Positions 45,996 to 60,984 of a DNA stretch of 64,000 nt are shown piece by piece. A model generated the notes under the pieces. It saw nothing but the letters and a program-made list of their open reading frames with translations. It did no database searches and was not told the origin of the DNA. The DNA comes from Escherichia coli O157:H7 (GTDB lineage: Bacteria > Pseudomonadota > Gammaproteobacteria > Enterobacterales > Enterobacteriaceae), in assembly GCF_013167455.1 (NCBI RefSeq), contig NZ_CP038328.1, one strand, 5' to 3'. Position numbers and translations under genes: made by a program. Positions within the stretch are counted from its first letter, which is position 1. Each line of letters opens with the position of its first letter.

Positions 45996-46916
45996 TTACC
46001 CCTTGCCTTTTACACTGCTGATAAAGGTGGAACGGGCAGATGTCGATCCCAGGCGTTCAGCTTCATCAAGCAGTTTTAACGCCTTATCAACATCACCTTT
46101 CGCGACAGCGTTTTTGATCGCGGTATTAAAATAACTTTCCGTGTCGTTGAGCATCGGCTCGCTTTTCTTCACCGGCACCGGAGCGGGTGCAGCCACAGCT
46201 GGTGCCGCCGTGTTGCCTACCGTAACCGGAGCTGGAGCGGAAGAACCAAATAAAGGCCCGACCAACACGCTGGAGCTGGAGTTCGTTTTCACTTTCAGTT
46301 TCAGTAAGCCATCGGTGGTATGACGAGCAACCGGATCGGGAATATCCGGGATCGAGTTACCAACGCCTTTGGCATAGGCTTTAGCCGGGTCGAGCAGTTG
46401 GGTCGTCTGCTGGAGATCTTTTTCCGTGGTAAAGACCAGAACATAAAGTTTTTGCTGCCCCAACGCCGGTGTCAGGCGCATAACGCCTTCCAGCCGATCT
46501 GCACTCATCACGCCTGGTTCCTGGTAGGTGAAATAACTGCTGGGGAAGAAGGCTGATGGGGTCATGTTCTGATCAAGAATCAGCACGTTCGGCGCAAAAA
46601 CGCTGGTTTGTTTGTTCACTTCGCTGGTCAGCGTCAGGGTCAGTTCGCCAATGTTTGCCGGGACGCTGTACGCAGCAACCGGACCACTGATGCCGGGAAC
46701 GTTCAGTTGTTGGCCGCCGGTCGCCAGTTGGGTGGTCTGGGTTTTAGATTGATCGACCGGTGTCCAGGTGAGTTGTTGCAGCGCGGCAGATGGAATGGCT
46801 GGCGCGTCGCTGGTGTTTTGCGGTACGTAGTTAACATCGGCAAGGCTGATTCCAGGCGCGCTTGCCAGTAACCCTGCTGATAAACAGAGGGCGATGAGAC
46901 TTTTATTCATTTTCAT
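45996..46916 (-). CDS. malM: maltose operon periplasmic protein
   Basis: MKMNKSLIALCLSAGLLASAPGISLA…. Confidence 0.95.
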   Translation of the reverse strand: MKMNKSLIALCLSAGLLASAPGISLADVNYVPQNTSDAPAIPSAALQQLTWTPVDQSKTQTTQLATGGQQLNVPGISGPVAAYSVPANIGELTLTLTSEVNKQTSVFAPNVLILDQNMTPSAFFPSSYFTYQEPGVMSADRLEGVMRLTPALGQQKLYVLVFTTEKDLQQTTQLLDPAKAYAKGVGNSIPDIPDPVARHTTDGLLKLKVKTNSSSSVLVGPLFGSSAPAPVTVGNTAAPAVAAPAPVPVKKSEPMLNDTESYFNTAIKNAVAKGDVDKALKLLDEAERLGSTSARSTFISSVKGKG

Positions 46917-47009
46917 TGTTTTCACCTCAAAATCTGGAGCTCAGCGGTAGCCAGGCAATAGCGCGCTAAACCCGATAATCAGAGGGGCTTTCGCCCCTTT
47001 CAGATAATG

Positions 47010-47062
<53 letters not shown>

Positions 47063-47066
47063 GCTA

Positions 47067-48437
<1,371 letters not shown>

Positions 48438-48478
48438 TCACATCACCTGTGACAGGCTTTGTGTGTTTTGTGGGGTGC

Positions 48479-49594
48479 TTAAACGCCCGGCTCCTTATGC
48501 AGTCGACGACATGCAGTGCCATCCTCACGGAACAGATGGCAACGCTCTGGCGGCAGGCCGATAGCGAATGTGGCACCTTCTTCTACCAACACCACGTCGT
48601 TCTGGCGGTACACCAGGTTTTGACGAATGGAAGGGATCTGGATATGGATTTGGGTTTCGTTGCCGAGTTGCTCGACGACCTGAACTTCACCCTCAAGGAT
48701 GACGTCAGCGATATCACTCGGCAGTAGATGTTCCGGGCGAATACCCAGCGACATATTGGCTCCAACCTGGACATCACGGCTTTCAACTGGCAGCCAGACT
48801 TGCTGACGATTTGGCATCGGCAGCTCCACCTGCACTTGATCGATTGCGGTGGCGGTCACTTTTACCGGCAGGAAGTTCATCTTTGGCGAACCGATAAATC
48901 CGGCGACAAAACGGTCTGCCGGATAGTGGTACAGCTCCAGCGGTTTCCCAACCTGCGCCACGCGACCGGCGTCCAGCACCACGATTTTGTCGGCCAGCGT
49001 CATCGCTTCGACCTGATCGTGGGTGACGTAAATCATTGTGCGGCCCAGGCGTTTATGCAGACGGGAGATTTCGATACGCATTTGCACACGCAGTGCAGCA
49101 TCGAGGTTGGAGAGCGGTTCATCGAGCAAAAATACGCTTGGCTCGGCCACCAGCGTACGGCCAATCGCCACACGCTGACGCTGACCACCGGAGAGCGCTT
49201 TCGGTTTGCGATCCAGCAAATGCGCCAGTTGTAGCACTTCCGCCACCTGGTTGACGCGTTGGTTAATCACCTCTTTTTTTGCGCCTGCCAGTTTCAGGCC
49301 AAATGACATGTTTTCTGCTACTGACAGGTGGGGATAGAGCGCGTAGGACTGAAACACCATACCAACGCCACGTTCTGCTGGCGGAGTGTCATTCATCCGT
49401 TTCTCACCGATGAACAGGTCGCCGCTGGTGATCGTCTCAAGCCCGGCAATCATGCGCAGTAAAGTCGATTTACCGCAGCCAGACGGTCCGACAAACACCA
49501 CGAATTCACCTTCATGGATATCGAGATTGATATCTTTCGATACCACGACCTCGCCCCAGGCTTTCGTTACATTTTGCAGCTGTACGCTCGCCAT
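48479..49594 (-). CDS. malK: maltose ABC transporter ATPase
   Basis: [44 protein letters not shown]…; 371 aa from the internal Met. Confidence 0.97.
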   Translation of the reverse strand: MASVQLQNVTKAWGEVVVSKDINLDIHEGEFVVFVGPSGCGKSTLLRMIAGLETITSGDLFIGEKRMNDTPPAERGVGMVFQSYALYPHLSVAENMSFGLKLAGAKKEVINQRVNQVAEVLQLAHLLDRKPKALSGGQRQRVAIGRTLVAEPSVFLLDEPLSNLDAALRVQMRIEISRLHKRLGRTMIYVTHDQVEAMTLADKIVVLDAGRVAQVGKPLELYHYPADRFVAGFIGSPKMNFLPVKVTATAIDQVQVELPMPNRQQVWLPVESRDVQVGANMSLGIRPEHLLPSDIADVILEGEVQVVEQLGNETQIHIQIPSIRQNLVYRQNDVVLVEEGATFAIGLPPERCHLFREDGTACRRLHKEPGV

Positions 49595-49684
49595 GCCCTT
49601 CTCCCTTTGTAACAACCTGTCATCGACAGCAACATTCATGATGGGCTGACTATGCGTCATCAGGAGATGGCTTAAATCCTCCAC

Positions 49685-51149
<1,465 letters not shown>

Positions 51150-51151
51150 TG

Positions 51152-51285
51152 CTGTGAAATGCCGGATGCGGCGTGAACGCCTTGTCCGGCCTACAAAACC
51201 GAAACGTATGTAGGCCTGATAAGACGCGTCAGCGTCGCATCAGGCAGTTGTTGTCGGATAAGGCATGAAAGCCTTATCCGTCCTG
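51152..51285. repeat. REP/BIME cluster between malE and malF
   Basis: Several gccggatg…ccggcctaca / gtaggcctgataagacgcg…cgcatcaggc units. Confidence 0.85.
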
Positions 51286-51302
51286 GAATGAGGAAGAACC
51301 CC

Positions 51303-52847
51303 ATGGATGTCATTAAAAAGAAACATTGGTGGCAAAGCGACGCGCTGAAATGGTCAGTGTTAGGTCTGCTCGGCCTGCTGGTGGGTTACCTTGTTGTTTT
51401 AATGTACGCACAAGGGGAATACCTGTTCGCCATTACCACGCTGATATTGAGTTCAGCGGGGCTGTATATTTTCGCCAATCGTAAAGCCTACGCCTGGCGC
51501 TATGTTTACCCGGGAATGGCTGGAATGGGATTATTCGTCCTCTTCCCTCTGGTCTGCACCATCGCCATTGCCTTCACCAACTACAGCAGCACTAACCAGC
51601 TGACTTTTGAACGTGCACAGGAAGTGTTGTTAGATCGCTCCTGGCAAGCAGGCAAAACCTATAACTTTGGTCTTTACCCGGCGGGCGATGAGTGGCAACT
51701 GGCGCTCAGCGACGGCGAAACCGGCAAAAATTACCTCTCCGACGCTTTTAAATTTGGCAGAGAGCAAAAACTGCAACTGAAAGAAACGACCGCCCAGCCC
51801 GAAGGCGAACGCGCAAATCTACGCGTGATTACCCAGAATCGTCAGGCGCTGAGTGACATTACCGCCATTCTGCCGGATGGCAACAAAGTGATGATGAGCT
51901 CCCTGCGCCAGTTTTCTGGCACGCAGCCGCTCTACACACTCGACGGTGACGGCACGTTGACGAATAATCAGAGCGGCGTGAAATATCGTCCGAATAACCA
52001 AATTGGCTTTTACCAGTCCATTACCGCCGACGGCAACTGGGGTGATGAAAAGCTAAGCCCCGGTTACACCGTGACCACCGGCTGGAAAAACTTTACTCGC
52101 GTCTTCACCGACGAAGGCATTCAGAAACCGTTCCTCGCCATTTTCGTCTGGACCGTGGTGTTCTCGCTGATCACTGTCTTTTTAACGGTGGCAGTCGGCA
52201 TGGTTCTGGCGTGTCTGGTGCAGTGGGAAGCGTTGCGCGGCAAAGCGGTCTATCGCGTCCTGCTGATTCTGCCCTACGCGGTGCCATCGTTCATTTCAAT
52301 CTTGATTTTCAAAGGGTTGTTTAACCAGAGCTTCGGTGAGATCAACATGATGTTGAGCGCGCTGTTTGGCGTGAAGCCCGCCTGGTTCAGCGATCCGACC
52401 ACCGCCCGAACGATGCTGATTATCGTCAATACCTGGCTGGGCTATCCGTACATGATGATCCTCTGCATGGGCTTGCTGAAAGCGATTCCGGACGATTTGT
52501 ATGAAGCCTCAGCAATGGATGGCGCAGGTCCGTTCCAGAACTTCTTTAAGATTACGCTGCCGCTGCTGATTAAACCGCTGACGCCGCTGATGATCGCCAG
52601 CTTCGCCTTTAACTTTAACAACTTCGTGCTGATTCAACTGTTAACCAACGGCGGCCCGGATCGTCTTGGCACGACCACGCCAGCCGGTTATACCGACCTG
52701 CTTGTTAACTACACCTACCGCATCGCTTTTGAAGGCGGCGGGGGTCAGGACTTCGGTCTGGCAGCAGCAATTGCCACGCTGATCTTCCTGCTGGTGGGTG
52801 CGCTGGCGATAGTGAACCTGAAAGCCACGCGAATGAAGTTTGATTAA
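51303..52847 (+). CDS. malF: maltose ABC transporter permease
   Basis: [40 protein letters not shown]…; 514 aa. Confidence 0.97.
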   Translation: MDVIKKKHWWQSDALKWSVLGLLGLLVGYLVVLMYAQGEYLFAITTLILSSAGLYIFANRKAYAWRYVYPGMAGMGLFVLFPLVCTIAIAFTNYSSTNQLTFERAQEVLLDRSWQAGKTYNFGLYPAGDEWQLALSDGETGKNYLSDAFKFGREQKLQLKETTAQPEGERANLRVITQNRQALSDITAILPDGNKVMMSSLRQFSGTQPLYTLDGDGTLTNNQSGVKYRPNNQIGFYQSITADGNWGDEKLSPGYTVTTGWKNFTRVFTDEGIQKPFLAIFVWTVVFSLITVFLTVAVGMVLACLVQWEALRGKAVYRVLLILPYAVPSFISILIFKGLFNQSFGEINMMLSALFGVKPAWFSDPTTARTMLIIVNTWLGYPYMMILCMGLLKAIPDDLYEASAMDGAGPFQNFFKITLPLLIKPLTPLMIASFAFNFNNFVLIQLLTNGGPDRLGTTTPAGYTDLLVNYTYRIAFEGGGGQDFGLAAAIATLIFLLVGALAIVNLKATRMKFD

Positions 52848-52861
52848 GGGAGATAACAAAA

Positions 52862-53752
52862 ATGGCAATGGTCCAACCGAAATCGCAAAAAGCACGTTTG
52901 TTTATTACTCACCTGCTACTGCTACTTTTTATCGCGGCGATTATGTTCCCGCTGCTGATGGTCGTCGCTATCTCACTGCGCCAGGGGAACTTTGCGACCG
53001 GCAGCCTGATCCCGGAGCAAATCTCCTGGGATCACTGGAAACTGGCATTAGGTTTTAGCGTGGAACAGGCTGATGGTCGCATTACGCCACCGCCATTCCC
53101 GGTGCTGCTGTGGCTGTGGAACTCGGTAAAGGTCGCCGGGATTTCCGCGATTGGCATTGTGGCGCTCTCCACCACCTGCGCCTACGCTTTCGCCCGTATG
53201 CGCTTTCCAGGCAAAGCGACGCTGCTGAAAGGAATGCTGATTTTCCAGATGTTCCCGGCAGTACTTTCACTGGTCGCGTTGTATGCGTTGTTTGATCGTC
53301 TGGGTGAGTACATTCCATTCATTGGCCTGAATACTCACGGCGGCGTAATTTTCGCGTATCTGGGTGGGATTGCGCTGCACGTCTGGACCATCAAAGGCTA
53401 TTTCGAAACCATCGACAGTTCGCTGGAAGAAGCGGCTGCGCTGGATGGTGCGACACCGTGGCAGGCCTTCCGCCTTGTCCTGTTGCCGCTGTCAGTACCG
53501 ATTCTGGCGGTGGTATTCATCCTGTCGTTTATCGCTGCCATTACTGAAGTTCCGGTCGCGTCGCTGTTACTGCGTGACGTAAACAGCTACACCCTGGCCG
53601 TGGGGATGCAGCAATACCTCAATCCGCAAAACTACCTGTGGGGTGACTTTGCCGCCGCTGCCGTGATGTCTGCATTACCGATCACCATCGTCTTCTTGCT
53701 GGCTCAACGCTGGCTGGTCAACGGCCTGACGGCAGGTGGTGTGAAAGGTTAA
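52862..53752 (+). CDS. malG: maltose ABC transporter permease
   Basis: [39 protein letters not shown]…; 296 aa. Confidence 0.97.
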
Positions 53753-53821
53753 AGATGTTGTTCTGCCAATGTTATGCCGCTGCACCCTCAACTTACGTTA
53801 TCCCAACTTGTGACTGTTATT

Positions 53822-53850
53822 CGGCGCTCCACGGAGCGCCTTTTTTTCTT
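53822..53850 (+). terminator. intrinsic terminator after malG
   Basis: ggcgctccacggagcgcctttttttc. Confidence 0.7.
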
Positions 53851-54123
53851 TCGTCTGCAATCTGAATCGTTCGCCGGTTAATATTTCCATCATAGAGCTT
53901 ATTATTTTTACGTTATTTGTTTTCCCACTTACGATAATTCTCTTTCGTGCTCTGAGTCACGGCAATAGTATTGTTTTTATCAATTTTGGATAATTATCAC
54001 AATTAAGATCACAGAAAAGACATTACGTAAACGCATTGTAAAAAATGATAATTGCCTTAACTGCCTGACAATTCCAACATCAATGCACTGATAAAAGATC
54101 AGAATGGTCTAAGGCAGGTCTGA

Positions 54124-55599
54124 ATGAATACCCAGTATAATTCCAGTTATATATTTTCGATTACCTTAGTCGCTACATTAGGTGGTTTATTATTTGGCTA
54201 CGACACCGCCGTTATTTCCGGTACTGTTGAGTCACTCAATACCGTCTTTGTTGCTCCACAAAACTTAAGTGAATCCGCTGCCAACTCCCTGTTAGGGTTT
54301 TGCGTGGCCAGCGCTCTGATTGGTTGCATCATCGGCGGTGCCCTCGGTGGTTATTGCAGTAACCGCTTCGGTCGTCGTGATTCACTTAAGATTGCTGCTG
54401 TCCTGTTTTTTATTTCTGGTGTAGGTTCTGCCTGGCCAGAACTTGGTTTTACCTCTATAAACCCGGACAACACAGTGCCTGTTTATCTGGCAGGTTATGT
54501 CCCGGAATTTGTTATTTATCGTATTATTGGCGGTATTGGCGTTGGTTTAGCCTCAATGCTTTCACCAATGTATATTGCGGAACTTGCTCCTGCTCATATT
54601 CGCGGGAAACTGGTTTCATTTAACCAGTTTGCGATTATTTTCGGGCAGCTTTTAGTTTACTGCGTAAACTATTTTATTGCGCGTTCCGGTGATGCCAGCT
54701 GGCTGAATACTGACGGCTGGCGTTATATGTTTGCCTCGGAATGTATCCCTGCACTGCTGTTCTTAATGCTGCTGTATACCGTGCCAGAAAGTCCTCGCTG
54801 GCTGATGTCACGCGGCAAGCAAGAACAGGCGGAAGGTATCCTGCGCAAAATTATGGGCAACACGCTTGCAACTCAGGCAGTACAGGAAATTAAACACTCC
54901 CTGGATCATGGCCGCAAAACCGGTGGTCGTCTGCTGATGTTTGGCGTGGGCGTGATTGTCATCGGCGTTATGCTCTCCATCTTCCAGCAATTTGTCGGCA
55001 TCAATGTGGTGCTGTACTACGCGCCGGAAGTGTTCAAAACGCTGGGGGCCAGCACGGATATCGCGCTGTTGCAGACCATTATTGTCGGAGTTATCAACCT
55101 CACCTTCACCGTTCTGGCAATTATGACGGTGGATAAATTTGGTCGTAAGCCACTGCAAATTATCGGCGCACTCGGAATGGCAATCGGTATGTTTAGCCTC
55201 GGTACCGCGTTTTACACTCAGGCACCGGGTATTGTGGCGCTACTGTCGATGCTGTTCTATGTTGCCGCCTTTGCCATGTCCTGGGGTCCGGTATGCTGGG
55301 TACTGCTGTCGGAAATCTTCCCGAATGCTATTCGAGGTAAAGCGCTGGCAATCGCGGTGGCGGCCCAGTGGCTGGCGAACTACTTCGTCTCCTGGACCTT
55401 CCCGATGATGGACAAAAACTCCTGGCTGGTGGCCCATTTCCACAACGGTTTCTCCTACTGGATTTACGGTTGTATGGGCGTTCTGGCAGCACTGTTTATG
55501 TGGAAATTTGTCCCGGAAACCAAAGGTAAAACCCTTGAGGAGCTGGAAGCCCTCTGGGAACCGGAAACGAAGAAAACACAACAAACTGCTACGCTGTAA
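54124..55599 (+). CDS. xylE: D-xylose:proton symporter
   Basis: MNTQYNSSYIFSITLVATLGGLLFGYDTAVISGTVESL…; 491-aa MFS sugar transporter. Confidence 0.97.
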   Translation: MNTQYNSSYIFSITLVATLGGLLFGYDTAVISGTVESLNTVFVAPQNLSESAANSLLGFCVASALIGCIIGGALGGYCSNRFGRRDSLKIAAVLFFISGVGSAWPELGFTSINPDNTVPVYLAGYVPEFVIYRIIGGIGVGLASMLSPMYIAELAPAHIRGKLVSFNQFAIIFGQLLVYCVNYFIARSGDASWLNTDGWRYMFASECIPALLFLMLLYTVPESPRWLMSRGKQEQAEGILRKIMGNTLATQAVQEIKHSLDHGRKTGGRLLMFGVGVIVIGVMLSIFQQFVGINVVLYYAPEVFKTLGASTDIALLQTIIVGVINLTFTVLAIMTVDKFGRKPLQIIGALGMAIGMFSLGTAFYTQAPGIVALLSMLFYVAAFAMSWGPVCWVLLSEIFPNAIRGKALAIAVAAQWLANYFVSWTFPMMDKNSWLVAHFHNGFSYWIYGCMGVLAALFMWKFVPETKGKTLEELEALWEPETKKTQQTATL

Positions 55600-55642
55600 T
55601 CTTCCTGTCCAGCACGCCGCGCCAGTTCGGCGTGCTGTCTTT

Positions 55643-56053
55643 TTACTCCCGCTTCAGCCGTTTCGAATTACACAGCCACAGGGTGACCACCAGTAACAGG
55701 ATCGCAGCCGAGTAGATCAACACATCCAGTGGCGATTTATGATCGACGATGATCAAGCGCACAATGGCGGTGATCCCAATATAGACAAAGTAACGTAGCG
55801 GGAAGTGAAAACCGGACTGAAAGTACTTCACAATCAGCGCGATAAATTCGAAATAGAGAAAGTAAACCACCAGTCCTTCTACCAGCTCATATTTGCTGGC
55901 TTGTTCTGGCGCGAACAGCACATCAGCCAGATGCACCGTTTCTTTGCCGAGGAAGACAACCAAAATAAGGCCGAGGCACAGCAGGCCAAGATTGAGTACG
56001 GTCTGCAAAATGGTGGAGATAAACTCCACGCGCGGACGAGAGAGTGACGTCAT
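55643..56053 (-). CDS. psiE: phosphate-starvation-inducible protein
   Basis: 136 aa, [40 protein letters not shown]…. Confidence 0.95.
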   Translation of the reverse strand: MTSLSRPRVEFISTILQTVLNLGLLCLGLILVVFLGKETVHLADVLFAPEQASKYELVEGLVVYFLYFEFIALIVKYFQSGFHFPLRYFVYIGITAIVRLIIVDHKSPLDVLIYSAAILLLVVTLWLCNSKRLKRE

Positions 56054-56159
56054 AGCAGTACCTCCTTCACAGTGGCGAGCTTCCTGTATAACGCAAAAAT
56101 GTGACGGAGATCTATATTTTTTGTGTATGTTTTGTTCAACCTGGATTTGGAGCGCGCCT

Positions 56160-56235
56160 CCACCAAAGCCGGATATACCTACCCGTAGGCCGGATAAGCC
56201 GCGCCTGGCGGCGCATCCGGCAAGACAAACCGCAC
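56160..56235. repeat. REP-like element
   Basis: gtaggccggataagccgcgcctggcggcgcatccggc. Confidence 0.7.
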
Positions 56236-56352
56236 CAAAGCCGGTAATTCAAAAATCACCCATTCAGGTGATTCCCAGCCACCAGCAATGCGCGAAAAAT
56301 CGACAATGTTCCTCTGGAACAAATGAAACGTAACCTGATAAAGGTGGTAAAA

Positions 56353-56601
56353 ATGAAGCCTTATTTTGCTGCTTTGATGTTATCAGTCTCTGCTCTTCCT
56401 GCTTATGCTGGTCCGCTCGGTACTGCTGATAAAGCCGACCTACCGCAAAGCAATGTCTCCAGCCCAATGATGGCCCAGTCGCTCAGGCAACCAGACCTGC
56501 AACCGATATCGACGGACAGGAAGACAGAATGTTTTCGCCTTTACACACCAGATCGCAAACCGGGGGTGAACTGCGTTCCTGATGGCTCAACAGGCCATTA
56601 A
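56353..56601 (+). CDS. small secreted protein (YjbT-like?)
   Basis: ATG 56353 after AGGTGG; signal peptide MKPYFAALMLSVSALPAYA, 82 aa; opposite strand to its neighbours. Confidence 0.5.
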   Translation: MKPYFAALMLSVSALPAYAGPLGTADKADLPQSNVSSPMMAQSLRQPDLQPISTDRKTECFRLYTPDRKPGVNCVPDGSTGH

Positions 56602-56647
56602 GAATAAAGGTGCCAGTGATTGCGAAAACTGGCACCTTTCCCATGAC

Positions 56648-58744
56648 TTAGCGGAAATTGACGCTACGGTCGCTGGTCATGTCATACAACTGGAACTTAC
56701 GCCCAAGTTGCTGACCACCGTCACGCGTCAGCGGCGTCCAGCCAATCGCCGCACGGCTGCGTGTCGGGCCAGACGAGAAGAGATCCAACGGTACAGAGAC
56801 ATACACGCCTTTGGTGAAGTCCCCTTCGCCGTACTCCTCTTTCGAAACGTTGGTGATCGTGGCATAGCCGCCCACCACCACGCCGCTGTCAAAGCGTTTA
56901 GCGATCTCCAGCGTGCCGCCTTTATCCCCTGCCAGATACTGCCCGACGCTGGCTTTAACTAACACATCCTGAGCGAAAGATGGCGTCCAGTAGGCGGTCA
57001 GATGTCCGGTTTTCACGCTGTAGTCGGTGAATTTCATCATATCCTTTGCACTACGCCAGTCGCGCTGTTTAACGTAGTTGGCATCCAGACCAAACGCCCA
57101 GTTGCTGTCCAGCGGGCGATACAACACTTCTGCCCCCGCACCGCCAAACATGGTTTCGAGATAACCTCCGTAGACCTGACCGTAGAAGCCGTTGCCCAGA
57201 TGCTGGAAGTAGTTGGCTTGCAGGTTATTCACATAGACATCGTTCTGCACATACTCGCGCACATGGGTACGCACGCGCGGTAAGTGCGAGTCCTGCGGCG
57301 GATTGGTGTAGTTAAACTTGTCGTAGTTGTTGGCAAGATTTGCAAACAGGCTGCCGGTGGTCAGCAGATGGTCCGTCAGCCACAAATCTGCCGTTCCCAT
57401 CACGCCCAGCTGATACATGTAAAAGTTTTCCGGGCCACCGACCGACTGGTTCAGCACCGGATCGATATGGAAATCAAAGCGCGATTTGTCGATATACCAG
57501 CCCTGCTCGGTGGACTTCGGAACCACTGGCTCGACGCGTTTTTGCGCCAGCTTCGTTTCGTGGCCCAACGGCTCTCCGGCGAGATGATTTTTCAGGCTGG
57601 CGACATCCGTTTCCGTCGTCACCTGCGGCATGTTAAGGCGATTTTCCGTAACGCGGATCGTCTTGATCCCATCCGGCAGATCATTCATCACGATCCGATT
57701 AGCACGAACGATCCCTTCGCGCGAATCACGATATTTCACCTGCTCGCCGGTAACATACAGCGTATCGCCTTTCGCCTGGATCTGCGGATCGGCAAGTCCG
57801 GCATTGTATTTCAACAGCGTTAACTGATTCGCCACCACCGAATGCTGCAAAATGGCATCCTGCGGCTGCGGTTGATATTGCGGGCGGGCGTTATCGTTGT
57901 AAGACGGGCGCAGATCGTTAAAGTTGGTGCGCAGCGTGACGCCAAACATAAAGGTGTTGGCACGTTCATAGCTAAGGTTAACGTCGGCCCAATCGGTAAC
58001 GCGATAAATCGCCCCGACGTTAAACTTACTTTTTTGCTCCAGCTTACCGGCAAAATCCTGCTGATAATTATTGCCTTCATACTCCAGTTTCAGGCGCAGC
58101 GGTTGCCAGGGCGTCTGGTATTCCACGCCGCCAAACAGTGAGGCAGGACCGTGGAACATCTGGCTACCGTCGATAGATCCCGCCTGTTTGTAGCTGTTAT
58201 CGCGATAGCAATATTTATCACTGGCTGAACAGAGCGGATTTTTCACATTACCGCTTGTGCCCAAATATCCCCAGCCCAGGCCAAGCGTAAAATCGAACGG
58301 CCCCCAGGCTTTGCTGGCAACAAGATATTCCGCATCAAACAGCCCCGTACCGCCGATATCCCGCGCACCAACCGCCACTTGCGGCAGCCAGTAACTCTCT
58401 TCCCACAAACGCAGTTTGAGATCGAAGGCTTTATCTTTATACGTTTGATCGCCAGAGAACGCTTCGACGCTGCTGTACTGCCGGGTGCGCACGTCGGTGT
58501 AGCGCAGCGTTGTTTCCAGCCACGGGAAGAGTTGCACTGAAGCTGAGTAATAACGGTACTGATCGTTATCGCGATAGTTCAGACTCAACTCCCCTTCCCG
58601 CGCCATGCGAGCCGTGGGCGTTTGTAATAATCCTACGCCACCGAAATCCGACTGCGACGGACCAATGGGCGCAGGATATGTTTCGCCGTAGCAAGCTGTG
58701 CTAATGCCCAGCGCCAGTAAGCTAAGCAGATGTCTTTTTTTCAT
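56648..58744 (-). CDS. yjbH: outer-membrane polysaccharide export protein
   Basis: 698 aa, [36 protein letters not shown]…. Confidence 0.9.
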   Translation of the reverse strand: MKKRHLLSLLALGISTACYGETYPAPIGPSQSDFGGVGLLQTPTARMAREGELSLNYRDNDQYRYYSASVQLFPWLETTLRYTDVRTRQYSSVEAFSGDQTYKDKAFDLKLRLWEESYWLPQVAVGARDIGGTGLFDAEYLVASKAWGPFDFTLGLGWGYLGTSGNVKNPLCSASDKYCYRDNSYKQAGSIDGSQMFHGPASLFGGVEYQTPWQPLRLKLEYEGNNYQQDFAGKLEQKSKFNVGAIYRVTDWADVNLSYERANTFMFGVTLRTNFNDLRPSYNDNARPQYQPQPQDAILQHSVVANQLTLLKYNAGLADPQIQAKGDTLYVTGEQVKYRDSREGIVRANRIVMNDLPDGIKTIRVTENRLNMPQVTTETDVASLKNHLAGEPLGHETKLAQKRVEPVVPKSTEQGWYIDKSRFDFHIDPVLNQSVGGPENFYMYQLGVMGTADLWLTDHLLTTGSLFANLANNYDKFNYTNPPQDSHLPRVRTHVREYVQNDVYVNNLQANYFQHLGNGFYGQVYGGYLETMFGGAGAEVLYRPLDSNWAFGLDANYVKQRDWRSAKDMMKFTDYSVKTGHLTAYWTPSFAQDVLVKASVGQYLAGDKGGTLEIAKRFDSGVVVGGYATITNVSKEEYGEGDFTKGVYVSVPLDLFSSGPTRSRAAIGWTPLTRDGGQQLGRKFQLYDMTSDRSVNFR

Positions 58745-59481
58745 TATTGAGGTATCCGCTGCGTCAGAGTCTGAAGAATGTCGGCGTTAAGGGCATCAGG
58801 CATCTCACTCCAGACGGAGTCCGCGAGGCCAACATAAATAATGCTGCCGGGCATCGGCTCTACGTGACGCTTGTTCCAGTAAGCCACCGGCGCTTTTTGT
58901 GTGCGTCCGTCCGGGTAAACCACCCACGCGTAGCTACGATCCGCACCGCCAAGCAGACTTTGCCCGGAGAGATAGCTCGCCACGTCGCGACCGGGAGTGA
59001 ATGGCTGATTGCCAGGACGGCTGATAAGCCCGAACAACGTGACCGTGGACGGTGGTGGTCCGACCCACAGCGTGTAGTTGCCCTGCAACGGCGGGTTAGC
59101 GCGTTCAGCAACGCGGACGATATCGGGATCAAGATTGATTTTTTGCCTGCCCGTCACCTTCAACGCCTGAATTTGCTGGCGTAAGGCGTTAATCGCAGCG
59201 GCATCGTCGGCGCTGGAATCTGCGCCCTGTTCTGCCAGCCGTGTCAGCAACGCCTGCTGCTGACGCAATGCTGCCGCCGTTGCCAGCTCTTCGCTAATCA
59301 CCGCACCAGGCCACCAGCTGTTTGCCAGCCGCGGTTGGCCTACCAGATCGATTAAATGCTCTGCGCCCGTTAGCGTTTTGGCCTCACTGCTGCCATTGCT
59401 GAACACCTTGACGGTTCCTGCCGCGAAGACCGATGACGCTCCCACACTCAAAAGCAACGCGACAATAGTTTGTTTAATCAT
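58744..59481 (-). CDS. yjbG: periplasmic protein of the yjbEFGH operon
   Basis: [30 protein letters not shown]…; start taken at the internal Met giving 245 aa and an ATGA overlap with yjbF. Confidence 0.88.
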   Translation of the reverse strand: MIKQTIVALLLSVGASSVFAAGTVKVFSNGSSEAKTLTGAEHLIDLVGQPRLANSWWPGAVISEELATAAALRQQQALLTRLAEQGADSSADDAAAINALRQQIQALKVTGRQKINLDPDIVRVAERANPPLQGNYTLWVGPPPSTVTLFGLISRPGNQPFTPGRDVASYLSGQSLLGGADRSYAWVVYPDGRTQKAPVAYWNKRHVEPMPGSIIYVGLADSVWSEMPDALNADILQTLTQRIPQ

Positions 59482-60146
59482 TGTTTTGCCGCCTTGATGA
59501 GAGTGGTTTTCACCGGGAAATAATCCGCGCCGAGATACTGTTCCGACTGGCGAATTTGCCCTCCGCTGTCGATCCAATAGCGGTTATGCCAGCGCGCCTG
59601 GTCGGTGGAGACTTCTTCGTCCAGCACGCGAACCGCGGTTTCATCGCTGCCGACCTTAACGGTACCGGTGCCATCCCATTTGAAGACTGAGCGTGCGGTG
59701 GCGTAGCGTACCTGCTGGTACTCGGTCCAGCCCATCGTGCGCATCCAGGTTGCGCCATCAATGATTTGTGCGGGTTTAATCAGCGGGTCGGCGGCAAGGT
59801 TATTCACTTCAATCAGGTTGTCGCCGCCAAGCAAAGTCTTCACCAGACGACCATGTTGTGTGACGAGAGTGGCCTGATCCTGAGTGACCCATTTTTGTTG
59901 TCCGTCTTCAGCGAAGGCCAGCACCACAAACAACTGCGGCCCACCATTAAGCTGCATGTACTGGCTGGCGTAGGGCATATTTTGAATATCATCGTCCGTC
60001 AGCTGTACGCCTGGCGTGCCGAACAGACTGTCCCACAGTGAATTGCCCAGCTCTTTAGTCGTGGCTGAACAGGCCTGTAATAGCAGGCAGATAAGAATGA
60101 ATGCAGGTCGCTTCACGACTCTTCTCCAGAGGGGCAGAATAACCAC
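59478..60146 (-). CDS. yjbF: lipoprotein of the yjbEFGH operon
   Basis: Lipobox ILICLLLQACS; true start may lie about 10 codons inside the ORF. Confidence 0.85.
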   Translation of the reverse strand: MVILPLWRRVVKRPAFILICLLLQACSATTKELGNSLWDSLFGTPGVQLTDDDIQNMPYASQYMQLNGGPQLFVVLAFAEDGQQKWVTQDQATLVTQHGRLVKTLLGGDNLIEVNNLAADPLIKPAQIIDGATWMRTMGWTEYQQVRYATARSVFKWDGTGTVKVGSDETAVRVLDEEVSTDQARWHNRYWIDSGGQIRQSEQYLGADYFPVKTTLIKAAKQ

Positions 60147-60229
60147 ACCGGAGTGTGGTTATGGTAAATCCCTTCATACTTCTAGCCACAGATGCAATGA
60201 CTCGAATTATTTTGGGGATACATACTTTA

Positions 60230-60472
60230 TTACTGGGTACTGGTGGTCGTGGTTGTGGTGGTCCCGGTATTAGAACCATCACCGCCACCGGTTGCCGCGA
60301 GCGCGACACCCACCGCCGAGCTTACGGTGCTGACGCTGGTCGCGGAGGAACTCCCCGCCGAAACCGACGTTGCTGCCGACCCTGCCGCTTCGCCCACCTG
60401 TACAGGTGCAGCCCACGCAGAAGTCGCCGCAAGCGCAGATATGGCAAAAATGCCATACAGAACTTTTTTCAT
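60230..60472 (-). CDS. yjbE: small secreted Thr/Ser/Ala-rich protein
   Basis: [21 protein letters not shown]…[15 protein letters not shown]; 80 aa. Confidence 0.9.
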
Positions 60473-60855
60473 AACAATTTCCCTTCATTGAATGAATGGA
60501 GATTTACCCAAAAACATTTCGGGCGGGATCGAGTATACACAACTAAAGCATGCGAATTACGGCGCGGGGAATTAGAGATGGGGTTTTAGGATAATTGGAA
60601 TGAATATCAAATATAAGCTACAACCTATATATAAATAACATTAAAAATCATAGTGTTAAAATAAAAGTAAAAGTAATTAATCTGAGTATTTTCCGAAATC
60701 AATCACGATTAAAAATCTATTTTAGGATTAACCTCACGGTATGATTTCCGTTAAATCACAGACAAGGGGATTTATCTGATAAAACAATGCCGACTTATAG
60801 TCGGCATTGTTTTTAAGGTTATTTAATTAATCGTGCTATGCATTAATTGCCGAAT

Positions 60856-60965
<110 letters not shown>

Positions 60966-60984
60966 CATCAGGCATGAACGATGA

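Noticed and set aside
54808-55584. Minus-strand ORFs of 116 and 114 aa inside xylE
   Set aside because: Antisense to a well-recognised conserved transporter gene; spurious.
60230-60472. Poly-threonine tract in yjbE as a slippage or phase-variation site
   Set aside because: The TTTTTTT motif is at the protein level within a native low-complexity secreted protein; the DNA is not a simple homopolymer, so phase variation is not supported.
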